A stretch of DNA of 20,000 nucleotides from an uncultured virus (IMG/VR IMGVR_UViG_3300006789_000015). Taxonomy: Duplodnaviria > Heunggongvirae > Uroviricota > Caudoviricetes. The position numbers and the translations under genes were made by a program. The stretch is taken from IMG/VR virus record IMGVR_UViG_3300006789_000015. The stretch is one strand, 5' to 3'. The notes below the pieces were generated by a model that was given only the letters and a program-made list of their open reading frames with translations, had not been told where the DNA came from and ran no database searches. Positions 1 through 7,558 of this stretch are shown in pieces (position 1 is the first letter of the stretch; each line of letters opens with the position of its first letter).

Positions 1-531
1 TACGTTTTTATCAAAACAATAATAACCGGGAACGGCATATTTACTTTTTGGTTTCTTAGGCTTCTCTTCTATGGAAAGAGCCTTACCTTTGTCGTCAAAA
101 TCAATAACCCCATATTCTTGAGGGTTTTTTACTCCATAGGCGAAAACTGTTCCGCCCTTATCTGGTATCTCAAATTTTTGAGCACCCTGAAAAATGTTAT
201 CACCTAAAATTAAAGAAACATTAGAGTTGCCGATAAAACTTTCCGCTATCAAAAAAGCTTCTGAAATTCCTTTGGGGGCTTCTTGTAAACGATACTCTAT
301 ATTTAAACCCAAGCTTTCCCCGTTTCCAAATAGTTGAATATAGAAACTTAAATACTGTGGTGAAGATATAATGCAGACATCTTTTATCCCATTTTTTATA
401 AGCGTGGATAACGGATAGTAAATCATTGGCTTATCGTAAACTGGTAATAACTGTTTGTTGATAATCCCAGTTAACGGATAAAGTCTAGTTCCAAGCCCCC
501 CAGTAAGAATTATACCTTTGCGATTTGACAT
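1..531 (-). CDS. rmlA: glucose-1-phosphate thymidylyltransferase (C-terminus runs off the window; absent from the ORF track)
   Basis: Hand translation from ATG 531 gives MSNRKGIILTGGLGTRLYPLTGIINKQLLPVYDKPMIYYPLSTL...LILGDNIF...YGVIDFD...IEEKPKKPKSKYAVPGYY, matching the RmlA/RfbA signature motifs. The frame is open to position 1. Confidence 0.95.
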   Translation of the reverse strand, partial: MSNRKGIILTGGLGTRLYPLTGIINKQLLPVYDKPMIYYPLSTLIKNGIKDVCIISSPQYLSFYIQLFGNGESLGLNIEYRLQEAPKGISEAFLIAESFIGNSNVSLILGDNIFQGAQKFEIPDKGGTVFAYGVKNPQEYGVIDFDDKGKALSIEEKPKKPKSKYAVPGYYCFDKNV

Positions 532-532
532 T

Positions 533-895
533 TTAACTCAATCTTTTTCCCTTTTTTCTTTTTAATTTTTTGCCATTAATTTCTACTAAACCTGCATGTA
601 TTTCAGCATGGCAATTCCTGCAAACTAAAGCGCATAATTTTGTCTCTTTCAATGCTTCTTCGTAATTATCTAAAGAAGTTCGACTATTTATAAAATCAGT
701 TATCGGAAAATTTTTTTTCTTAGGGTCAATGTGATGAAATTCTAATGCTCTAAGGCATCTATTATATCCGCAGACCTTACATTTTCCACCGCTATCGTCA
801 ACGAGCTTCCTCTTAAATAAAGTTCTTCTTGCTTGATAATTCTTGTTCTGCGCTTTACGCCGTGCCTTTTTTTTCCCTTTGTCATCCTGCCCCAT
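533..895 (-). CDS. HNH endonuclease (Zn-binding, small phage type)
   Basis: CKVC...LEFHHIDP...CALVCRNCHAEIH pattern, with basic termini. Confidence 0.85.
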   Translation of the reverse strand: MGQDDKGKKKARRKAQNKNYQARRTLFKRKLVDDSGGKCKVCGYNRCLRALEFHHIDPKKKNFPITDFINSRTSLDNYEEALKETKLCALVCRNCHAEIHAGLVEINGKKLKRKKGKRLS

Positions 896-897
896 AA

Positions 898-1491
898 TTA
901 GAAATCAAAACTATCATCAAGCGCAGTCGAAAGAGCTTTAGCTTTTGATTCGGAAAATTTAATTAAATCTTTTTCGGGTACAAAATATGCCTCCCCTTGA
1001 CCGTTAGGATTTTTCAAATACTTATCTTTAATGGCGTCTCCTCCAAGCATCCATCCCGCAATTCTAAAGTCTGGAGTAAGTTCATATCTATCTACAGTCA
1101 CCGATTTCTTTTTTGCTCTTATATAGGTGGAAGTCTTTGTAATTTTAGTCCCTTTAACTAAAACGTACCTGTCATTAAATTTAGAGTTTTCTTTTGGCCT
1201 AACGATTAAGCATCCATTAGGGTTATCGGTGTACCTAACTTGCCAATTAGGGGCAACGTCAGGTTTATGAAAAGTATTTACTCCCCCTATCCAATCTTCT
1301 CCAATAAATTTAGCGAACGCTACTTCTGCTATTGCAGAAGCTATATCACAAGCCCACTTGTTCCCGCCAATAGAAGGAAAATCCTCTTTTTGTTTCACTT
1401 GGCCAAATGCATTTGTGACCGTCCTATCTACACCAGCCTTGGCCCCTTCGGTAAACTCCTTCATGGTCACGGAAATGATGCTAGAGTTCAT
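898..1491 (-). CDS. phage hypothetical protein, possibly restriction-endonuclease-like (PD-(D/E)XK) fold
   Basis: AEVAFAK...PDV...WQVRYT...LIVR...YVLV...IAGW...YFVP pattern, recalled from phage proteins. Start moved from GTG 1515 to ATG 1491 because a promoter occupies 1499-1527. Confidence 0.5.
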   Translation of the reverse strand: MNSSIISVTMKEFTEGAKAGVDRTVTNAFGQVKQKEDFPSIGGNKWACDIASAIAEVAFAKFIGEDWIGGVNTFHKPDVAPNWQVRYTDNPNGCLIVRPKENSKFNDRYVLVKGTKITKTSTYIRAKKKSVTVDRYELTPDFRIAGWMLGGDAIKDKYLKNPNGQGEAYFVPEKDLIKFSESKAKALSTALDDSFDF

Positions 1492-1498
1492 GATTAAT

Positions 1499-1527
1499 AA
1501 TCTACAAAGAAACACCCCTTAACGCAA
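1499..1527 (-). promoter_or_regulatory. sigma70-like promoter TTGCGT-N17-TAGATT, 7 nt before ATG 1491
   Basis: -35 at 1522-1527, -10 at 1499-1504, 17-nt spacer. Confidence 0.6.
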
Positions 1528-1547
1528 GTTAATACGAAAAGGGGTAT
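1506..1547 (-). terminator. possible intrinsic terminator after the 97-aa gene, overlapping the next promoter
   Basis: Inverted repeat ACCCCTT (1514-1520) / AAGGGGT (1539-1545), followed on the minus strand by GTTTCTTT. The loop is long. Confidence 0.4.
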
Positions 1548-1584
1548 CTAAAAAGAAAAATTATAATAATTATTTTATAATAAT

Positions 1585-1878
1585 TTACTTCTCCCTTGTC
1601 TGAACTGGGGTTTGAGGGGATTCAACTTCTTGACTACTAGTAACTGCATCTGTAGGCATAGAAACCGTTTTAATTGTTGGTTCTTCCATCGGTTGCCTAT
1701 CAGAAAGACCATCAATTTGTAGTTGGGTAGTTTCGTTCATGTTCATGACGATGTAGCCCGTGAGGCAGAAGTTAAAAGCTAAAAGTACAATCGCCGCCCT
1801 AGCGTAAACTGTCCTAACCGTAGTGAATCTGCTGTCCGTATTGGTACTTTGAGTTTGCTCTGTATTTGAATCTGTCAT
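1585..1878 (-). CDS. small single-pass membrane protein
   Basis: One hydrophobic segment (AAIVLLAFNFCLTGYIVM) flanked by Thr/Ser/Gln-rich low-complexity sequence. It has its own promoter. Confidence 0.7.
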   Translation of the reverse strand: MTDSNTEQTQSTNTDSRFTTVRTVYARAAIVLLAFNFCLTGYIVMNMNETTQLQIDGLSDRQPMEEPTIKTVSMPTDAVTSSQEVESPQTPVQTREK

Positions 1879-1886
1879 ACGCGCAA

Positions 1887-1915
1887 AGAATACTGTTTAT
1901 ATTTTTCAAAGTCAA
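1887..1915 (-). promoter_or_regulatory. sigma70-like promoter TTGACT-N17-TATTCT, 8 nt before ATG 1878
   Basis: -35 at 1910-1915, -10 at 1887-1892. Confidence 0.7.
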
Positions 1916-1935
1916 GCTCTTTTGTTTTGGGAAAA

Positions 1936-1946
1936 GTGTAATATAT
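1936..1946 (+). promoter_or_regulatory. GTGTAATATAT motif directly before the ATG (candidate second promoter class)
   Basis: A near-identical motif precedes the ATG at 3529 on the opposite strand. Confidence 0.45.
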
Positions 1947-1947
1947 A

Positions 1948-2478
1948 ATGATGGGAAAATTAAAAAAATATTATGTAATATTTATTTTTACTTTAATTGC
2001 TATATTTTTATCTCAAGGATGTATAGGCTTTCATCCAGATTATGCTCAAAGAGATAAAGACAGAAATTATATAATGCATTATACATCATGCGGCCCTAAA
2101 GCTCTATCAAAAGCGTTAAAAAGCCTTGGGCATAACGTAACTAGTAAAGACGTTAGCATACAAATACAATCAACAGGAAATTTAAAAAGACATACTTTAT
2201 CCATAATACATTACGAAGCCGTATTAATTACTTGGCCTCAAGAAGTAAAAAATATAATAAAAAAATATGGATATGAAATTAAAAATTTAAATAGCTTGTC
2301 AGAATTAAATAAAGAAGACGTAGCTGTTGTTTTAGTTAGTGGAAGCTTACTGGAACGTCAATGGCATTGGATGTCTTATCCAACTGATAAAAACATAAAA
2401 AATTACTTTCCAGAGGGTACTAAAATCGTAGCTATCTATAAAATAAAAAAGCCCCGCAACGCGGGGCTTAAAAAATAA
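1948..2478 (+). CDS. exported papain-fold (peptidase C39-like) protein, possible lipoprotein
   Basis: Basic N-terminus, hydrophobic stretch and SQGC, then SCGP (catalytic Cys-like) and a downstream strand followed by QWHW (His). It is the only convincing plus-strand gene. Confidence 0.65.
   Translation: MMGKLKKYYVIFIFTLIAIFLSQGCIGFHPDYAQRDKDRNYIMHYTSCGPKALSKALKSLGHNVTSKDVSIQIQSTGNLKRHTLSIIHYEAVLITWPQEVKNIIKKYGYEIKNLNSLSELNKEDVAVVLVSGSLLERQWHWMSYPTDKNIKNYFPEGTKIVAIYKIKKPRNAGLKK
2444..2469 (-). terminator. intrinsic terminator between convergent genes
   Basis: Perfect stem AGCCCCGC-aac-GCGGGGCT (2450-2468) with a T-tract on the minus strand, 15 nt past the stop of the 102-aa gene and overlapping the 3' end of the plus-strand gene. 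Confidence 0.85.
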
Positions 2479-2483
2479 GAAAT

Positions 2484-2792
2484 TTAACGCCTCATTAATA
2501 AGCGCATAACCCCTAATAATATAGCTAAAATTCCAACCAATTTCCAAGGTTCAATAATTGGGCATATTAATAATAAACCAAAACCTAAAATTAGTACCGA
2601 GTGAATTTTCCATTCGTTATAGTCAACCCAATCAATCACGGAATCAAGCCAACTTTTTACAGAAGACAAAAGGCTTTTGGCCTTTTTCATTACGTTTCCA
2701 TTTTTTACTTTAGAGATAATATTAGAAAGCCAACCTTCTTTTTTGGCCGGTTTCTTTCTTCTCCTATTTGTTGTTTTTTTGTTTGTTTTCAT
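2484..2792 (-). CDS. small membrane protein with a basic N-terminus and two C-terminal TM segments
   Basis: K/R-rich start, an amphipathic helix, then VLILGFGLLLICPII and LVGILAILLGVM. Confidence 0.7.
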   Translation of the reverse strand: MKTNKKTTNRRRKKPAKKEGWLSNIISKVKNGNVMKKAKSLLSSVKSWLDSVIDWVDYNEWKIHSVLILGFGLLLICPIIEPWKLVGILAILLGVMRLLMRR

Positions 2793-2794
2793 AA

Positions 2795-2992
2795 TTAATA
2801 TATAATAAAAGGATCGTCTGACACGTCACCCCAATCAACTGACCCTTTAGACTTCTTTGCTTTTCTATACATAGAGTGGCAAACAGCTACCCTTTGTTTG
2901 TTGTTGGGAAATTCTTTAGACATTTTATTATCTGACATGCATCTAGATACAAATTCGCTCTCTTTTTCATCTGAAGGTTTAGGTAAAGGCAT
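2795..2992 (-). CDS. small conserved-looking phage protein (MPLPKP..E.EF..RC...QR.AVC)
   Basis: The motif is recalled from small phage proteins, often near head genes. The gene packs tightly with its neighbours. Confidence 0.65.
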   Translation of the reverse strand: MPLPKPSDEKESEFVSRCMSDNKMSKEFPNNKQRVAVCHSMYRKAKKSKGSVDWGDVSDDPFIIY

Positions 2993-3010
2993 AATAAAAT
3001 GCTTAAAAAA

Positions 3011-3529
3011 TTAATCTAAATCAAAATAAGAACTAGAAGAAAGAGGATTATCCAAGTAAAGATCGTCAACGGTATCATAAGAAAAGTTTAAATCGTATTT
3101 TTGCACATCTTCGTCTGCCAATTCAAACATCTCATCTGAAGGAATCCAATCTAACGATATGTCTAAATCTTTGAAATCGGCAAAGCACTCTTTTTCTAAA
3201 ACGGCTTCTTTTAGCTCTTCTTCTTTTTCAATTTTCTCAATGGGTTTTTCGGCAAAAATAAACATGTTTACTCTAGCTAATCCCCATTGATTATTGGTCT
3301 TACCGGGATGGCAATCTTCACAAATAACCCTAGCCCCGTTTCTATAAACGTTTTTTAACTGACTTAAGGTTAATCCTCTTTCTGGATTGCTATCGTTATG
3401 TTCACTTAGCTTTGCGTCAAGAGCCGAAACAATTTTATTGGAAATATCAATTGAATCTTGCTGATCTTGTTGGGGATCATTAGCTTCAACCTCTTGTTGC
3501 TTTATCCAATCTGAATAATCAATTTCCAT
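3011..3529 (-). CDS. acidic protein with a DUF5824-like motif
   Basis: LSQLKNVYRNG...HPGKTNNQWGLARVNMF resembles the viral L..VY.RG...HRPG....QW..ARV..F motif. Confidence 0.55.
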   Translation of the reverse strand: MEIDYSDWIKQQEVEANDPQQDQQDSIDISNKIVSALDAKLSEHNDSNPERGLTLSQLKNVYRNGARVICEDCHPGKTNNQWGLARVNMFIFAEKPIEKIEKEEELKEAVLEKECFADFKDLDISLDWIPSDEMFELADEDVQKYDLNFSYDTVDDLYLDNPLSSSSYFDLD

Positions 3530-3534
3530 TCTTA

Positions 3535-3545
3535 ATATAATACAC
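3535..3545 (-). promoter_or_regulatory. GTGTATTATAT motif 5 nt before ATG 3529
   Basis: 10/11 identical to the motif at 1936-1946. Confidence 0.45.
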
Positions 3546-3584
3546 GAAATTAAAGAAAAATCTAAAATTTAATATTTACTTTTT

Positions 3585-3622
3585 AAAAAAAAGCCCCCTG
3601 ATTATAAAATAAACAAGGAGCC
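3585..3622 (-). terminator. intrinsic terminator after the protease gene
   Basis: Minus-strand GCTCCTTG...CAGGGGGC stem (two G-U pairs) followed by T8. Confidence 0.65.
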
Positions 3623-3643
3623 TATAGTTTATAAATGATGATT

Positions 3644-4609
3644 TTATTTCTCTCTAGTAAAAATTATCTGAGGGTGTAAACATTCAGGTCCACATTTATG
3701 CCCCGGACTGCGAGTAATCCTGAGTCTAAATGGAAACATCTTTTTAGCTTCAGCTTCGTCGGCAGTGTCCTCTTCCTTTTCTTTAGGTTCATGCTCAACA
3801 GGCATCTTTTTTAATTCGTCTTCTGTTGGCATAGCAACGCTTTTGTCTAAGGCCCACATAATTTTATGCTTCTCGCAATAATCGACCATCCTACGCACAG
3901 GAACAATAAGATTAAACCCTTCTCCTGCCCCTCTTACGAGCATTCCTACGTATTTAGCGTCTTTCTTTAGATATACTCCACCCCCACTGCTTCCGGGAAA
4001 AGCCGTCACGGTTGTCTGATCGAACACATATTTGTTTAAACTTTTAATTAATCTGCCATGTTGAGAGTAGATTCCATCCGTCATGCTGTTTGCTCCCATT
4101 TGACCTAACAAGGAGCCGACATGAAGAAGGTCTGTTCCAAGCTCCGGTATTTCTTTACTTAAATAAAAGGTTACCGTGTCTGTAACAAAGTTAAGCTTAC
4201 GCACTCTTAACAAAGCTAAATCGTGCCCATCATCTGCGTCAGAATATTTTAAAACTTCAGCATCCATCTGCAAACGACCAACAGTTCTCCCGTTTTGTCT
4301 AATCTCTTTTATTACCATCGGGTCTTTAAACTCTACTAAAGTTTTCTTTGAGCCGTTAACTAAAACTTCTCTAGTGGACCTTAAGTTATCTATAACGTGG
4401 GCAGCAGTCCAAACTAAGTTTACTTGGTTTCCGTCTTTATCTTTTCGAGTAAAAATAACCCCAGAACCTTCTCCGTTAGAGAATTGACCTTCCGATCTAA
4501 TTGTAACAGAAACATTTTGTAAATGTTCTGCGGTTGTGTTCTTTTTTTCGGCTGAGTTTCCGTTAAAGGGAATCGAAAAACCTAAGATTAAAAAGGGCAG
4601 AATTTTCAT
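3644..4609 (-). CDS. secreted trypsin-like serine protease (S1)
   Basis: Signal-like N-terminus, GSGVI, and an intact catalytic triad: TAAHV (His), HDLALL (Asp), PGSSGGG (Ser). No PDZ domain. Confidence 0.9.
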   Translation of the reverse strand: MKILPFLILGFSIPFNGNSAEKKNTTAEHLQNVSVTIRSEGQFSNGEGSGVIFTRKDKDGNQVNLVWTAAHVIDNLRSTREVLVNGSKKTLVEFKDPMVIKEIRQNGRTVGRLQMDAEVLKYSDADDGHDLALLRVRKLNFVTDTVTFYLSKEIPELGTDLLHVGSLLGQMGANSMTDGIYSQHGRLIKSLNKYVFDQTTVTAFPGSSGGGVYLKKDAKYVGMLVRGAGEGFNLIVPVRRMVDYCEKHKIMWALDKSVAMPTEDELKKMPVEHEPKEKEEDTADEAEAKKMFPFRLRITRSPGHKCGPECLHPQIIFTREK

Positions 4610-4618
4610 GTCAAAATT

Positions 4619-4647
4619 AAATTACTATAAAAAAGTAAATTAATCAA
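4619..4647 (-). promoter_or_regulatory. sigma70-like promoter TTGATT-N17-TAATTT, 9 nt before ATG 4609
   Basis: -35 at 4642-4647, -10 at 4619-4624. The region is very AT-rich, so support is weaker. Confidence 0.45.
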
Positions 4648-4670
4648 TCTAAAATATTTTTTAAAAAAAA

Positions 4671-4949
4671 CTAGAATTGGAAAAATAAAGCTCCGTTATG
4701 ATACAATTTTACTATATCAGACTCAGCCTTTTCCTTAATAGAATCTTGAGTTACTAAGTCCATAGACATGGACAAGCTAAGGTAAAACTCTTCTGCTTTC
4801 TTGGTTCTAGCTTTTTTACCACAACCACAGCCTTTATTAATAGTTTCTACCTTATTCTTAAAAGAAGAAATTACGGGCGTTTCCTCGACACCTTTCTCTG
4901 TGATAAAATTGTATAATTCTGTAAAATTATTAAATTGTACCTCAAGCAT
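4671..4949 (-). CDS. hypothetical protein with a GCGC motif
   Basis: The ORF fills the gap after the glycosyltransferase and contains INKGCGCGKKAR. Confidence 0.65.
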   Translation of the reverse strand: MLEVQFNNFTELYNFITEKGVEETPVISSFKNKVETINKGCGCGKKARTKKAEEFYLSLSMSMDLVTQDSIKEKAESDIVKLYHNGALFFQF

Positions 4950-4966
4950 TTCATTACATAATCACA

Positions 4967-6904
4967 CTAAAATGATTTTAAATCAAACATAATTTTATCT
5001 TCACCATTATGAGTATAATTAGCGTGTCTTTGAGCCGTCATATGCGATAAAAAAAGTATATCAAAAAAGCCCTTATGGTTGCCTTGACCCTCCATTAAAA
5101 AGTGATCTTCGCACTCTTTAAAGTAAGGAATATGTTTATGAATATAAGGGTTACCATCTAGTATACTCCTGTATTCAGGTTTGCAGGAAACGTATAAGTC
5201 GTAATCTGGATAAGTCTTTTTTAAATTTTTAAACAAGCTCGTGGCCATATAAACATCCCCTGCGCTTTCTGGTATTACGTATAAGATTTTTTTACGCTCA
5301 TCATCTTCATCTACATAATCTTTTAAAGAACTGGCTTTTTCTAATTCTCCTAGAGCGACTTTACGAAAATACTTGTCTATATTTTTTCTTTTTTGCTCGT
5401 TTAATATAGGCCCATTTTCATCACTTTGGTCTTGAGCTAACTGCTCTTTCCAATACTTAAATCCGTCATCGTTCTCGTCAACATTCATTGCGAGAATATC
5501 CCTGTAAAGGGATGTAAGCCATTCGTTTTCTGGAAGGCTTATGTCAACTTCAGCGTCGGGGTTTTGCTTTTGCTTTATCTCAAGCTCTCCCTCGAAAAAA
5601 GGAGCAGAGTCTATTAACTTTTCAACTCTTTGTCCTATTTTTTCTACAGAAAAATTATCAATTACCCACTGTCTACCCTTCTTTCCTATCTCAGTCCTCT
5701 CCTCTTCAGTTAAAAAGTATACCTTTAAAAGTTGCTGGGATATAGAGTCTGAATCTGTAGACGCTTTAATAAACTCAGTTCCCGCTTCTCTATATTCATG
5801 CCAAGTTAACGGAAGTGAATGAGCTTCTTCAGCGCAAGAGTCTTCTCCACAACTATAATTTGTAACTAAAGTTATCAATTCGGTTAATTTAGCTTCTTGA
5901 ATCGGGATTTCTTGACCTCCAGAAGTAAAGGGATGACAGTAAACATCCATTAAATTATAGATTTCGTTTAACTGGTATTCAGTTACTCCACCCCCAACAC
6001 TTGTAGTATTAAGGGTTTTTTCAGTTTGGCAAAATGGGCACTTCTGCTGCTCTCCAGCAAAAGCGTTCGCTAAAAAAGCTCCACAAGCAGAGCAGTTATA
6101 AGTCGTAAGAATTTCCTTTTTATCTATGCCGTTTTCTTCGGCAAGTTTCATAATGTTCCAACCTTCATCAAAATTAGTATGAAGTAATAAATAAGTTTTC
6201 TTATCTTTCGGAAGCTGCTTTTTAAACTTAACGTACCCTTTTAACAAATTCGGAACAGATTTTCTTAACTGATTTCTAAAAACGAAACCAATGACAAAAG
6301 CATCCTGTTCTATTTTAAATATCTTTCTTAAAAGTGACCTATACTTATCGTCGTACCTAAAAAAGTCCTTCTCATTTAAACAGCCCCTAACCGTTTCAAC
6401 ATGATTAAAGCCGAGCTTATGTAAATCTTTCGTAGCAAAATCAGCCCACACCCAATAATTTTTTATTTTAGGAGCTTTACTGACAGCGATAGGTAAAATC
6501 GGCCTTGAGTCTAGGGTTGTCCAAACTACTGAAGTTATTTTATTGAACCAATCTCTATCAACACAATATTCGAGACCCCATATGTCCTGAACCCCAATAT
6601 AAACATCAGGCTTTTCCTGCTTGATTATTTCGTCAATACAAAAAGCTCCATAATTCATTCTCGCAAAAAGCTTTGCATCTTTTTGAGCTTCGTCTATCTC
6701 CTTTTGGGACATCGGTAAAGTACCGATAGTTTTCCAAGGTAAATTTTTGAAACTTGGGTGCTCTTTATTAGTACCGCAACCTAATTGAACTAAATCATAC
6801 TTTCCAGTTTTATATAAGTGTGATAAAACTAGCTTTGCGTTTTTACCAAAGCCAGTTTTTAACTGGGTATAATCGCTATGAAAAAGAACTTTTTTTTTAC
6901 GCAT
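4967..6904 (-). CDS. multidomain glycosyltransferase: GT-B/GT4-like with a Zn-ribbon insert, a DUF4214-like segment and a GT9-like N-lobe
   Basis: TGFG, KPDV, VIGFVFRNQLRK, IYNLMDVYCHPFTSGGQEIPIQEA, GRQWVIDNFS (GT4-like); CSAC...CPFC; ILYVIPESAGDVYMATSLFKNLKKTYPD...ILDGNPYI (GT9-like). The likely start is ATG 6904, overlapping the upstream stop (TAATG). Confidence 0.85.
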   Translation of the reverse strand: MRKKKVLFHSDYTQLKTGFGKNAKLVLSHLYKTGKYDLVQLGCGTNKEHPSFKNLPWKTIGTLPMSQKEIDEAQKDAKLFARMNYGAFCIDEIIKQEKPDVYIGVQDIWGLEYCVDRDWFNKITSVVWTTLDSRPILPIAVSKAPKIKNYWVWADFATKDLHKLGFNHVETVRGCLNEKDFFRYDDKYRSLLRKIFKIEQDAFVIGFVFRNQLRKSVPNLLKGYVKFKKQLPKDKKTYLLLHTNFDEGWNIMKLAEENGIDKKEILTTYNCSACGAFLANAFAGEQQKCPFCQTEKTLNTTSVGGGVTEYQLNEIYNLMDVYCHPFTSGGQEIPIQEAKLTELITLVTNYSCGEDSCAEEAHSLPLTWHEYREAGTEFIKASTDSDSISQQLLKVYFLTEEERTEIGKKGRQWVIDNFSVEKIGQRVEKLIDSAPFFEGELEIKQKQNPDAEVDISLPENEWLTSLYRDILAMNVDENDDGFKYWKEQLAQDQSDENGPILNEQKRKNIDKYFRKVALGELEKASSLKDYVDEDDERKKILYVIPESAGDVYMATSLFKNLKKTYPDYDLYVSCKPEYRSILDGNPYIHKHIPYFKECEDHFLMEGQGNHKGFFDILFLSHMTAQRHANYTHNGEDKIMFDLKSF

Positions 6905-7518
6905 TACCACATTTCATCCGTTTCTTCTTTTGTTAGTTCCGACTTAGAATCTTTTTCGTCAAAGCTACCCCAATCATCTTCAAAGTCATCTTTAGCTGCT
7001 TTCTGTTTAGTTGGGGCGGGTTTTTTGTTTGGCGACTTTTCTTCTTTTGGTTTAAAAGCGTTTAACGCAAACTGTTTATTCAAGCAATAAACAAGAAAGG
7101 TCTTTAAGTATATAACCTCAGATTCAGATAATCCAATTAATATACTAGCTTTTTGGTCGTTATTTTTATGGAAAGTACAAAGTACTCCAAAAGTAAATCC
7201 TCCTTTGGGGCTGCCAGTCTCACGATCACGATAAAGACCAAACTTAATAGATGTAGACTTTTCAGCAGTTTTATGAAAGCCCTTCCAATCTTCAGAGGTG
7301 TTAATGGAATGTATGATAGAACTAACCTCTATTGGCGTTAACTTGATTACGATATTATTTTGAGTGCTACCTCTATTTTTAGAAAAAGAGGCTCTATTTG
7401 TGCTATTATTCCAGCCGTCCTGCCTCAATAAAGAGGCCATTACTGCACCATCTTGGCTTAAATAAAACGAACAAGCTGACCCTGTTCCTTTCTTAGTTGG
7501 CTTATAGAAAGATATCAT
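6904..7518 (-). CDS. putative single-stranded DNA-binding protein, Whirly/PC4-like fold, acidic tail
   Basis: Two repeats of beta-strands followed by L.P.E / LS.SE helices; ISFYK, IKLTPIEV, GFH, GFTFGV, IGLSESEVIYL; acidic tail ending DEMW; lies next to dnaE. Confidence 0.65.
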   Translation of the reverse strand: MISFYKPTKKGTGSACSFYLSQDGAVMASLLRQDGWNNSTNRASFSKNRGSTQNNIVIKLTPIEVSSIIHSINTSEDWKGFHKTAEKSTSIKFGLYRDRETGSPKGGFTFGVLCTFHKNNDQKASILIGLSESEVIYLKTFLVYCLNKQFALNAFKPKEEKSPNKKPAPTKQKAAKDDFEDDWGSFDEKDSKSELTKEETDEMW

Positions 7519-7526
7519 AGGGGTGT

Positions 7527-7555
7527 ATTATGATTTGAATAAAAAAGTGCGTCAA
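7527..7555 (-). promoter_or_regulatory. sigma70-like promoter TTGACG-N17-CATAAT, 8 nt before ATG 7518
   Basis: -35 at 7550-7555, -10 at 7527-7532. It fills the 40-nt intergenic gap. Confidence 0.8.
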
Positions 7556-7558
7556 GGA

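Noticed and set aside
4860..4970. TAG readthrough restoring the GT9 C-lobe
   Set aside because: The in-frame extension is short, ends in TAA and shows no GT-like sequence.
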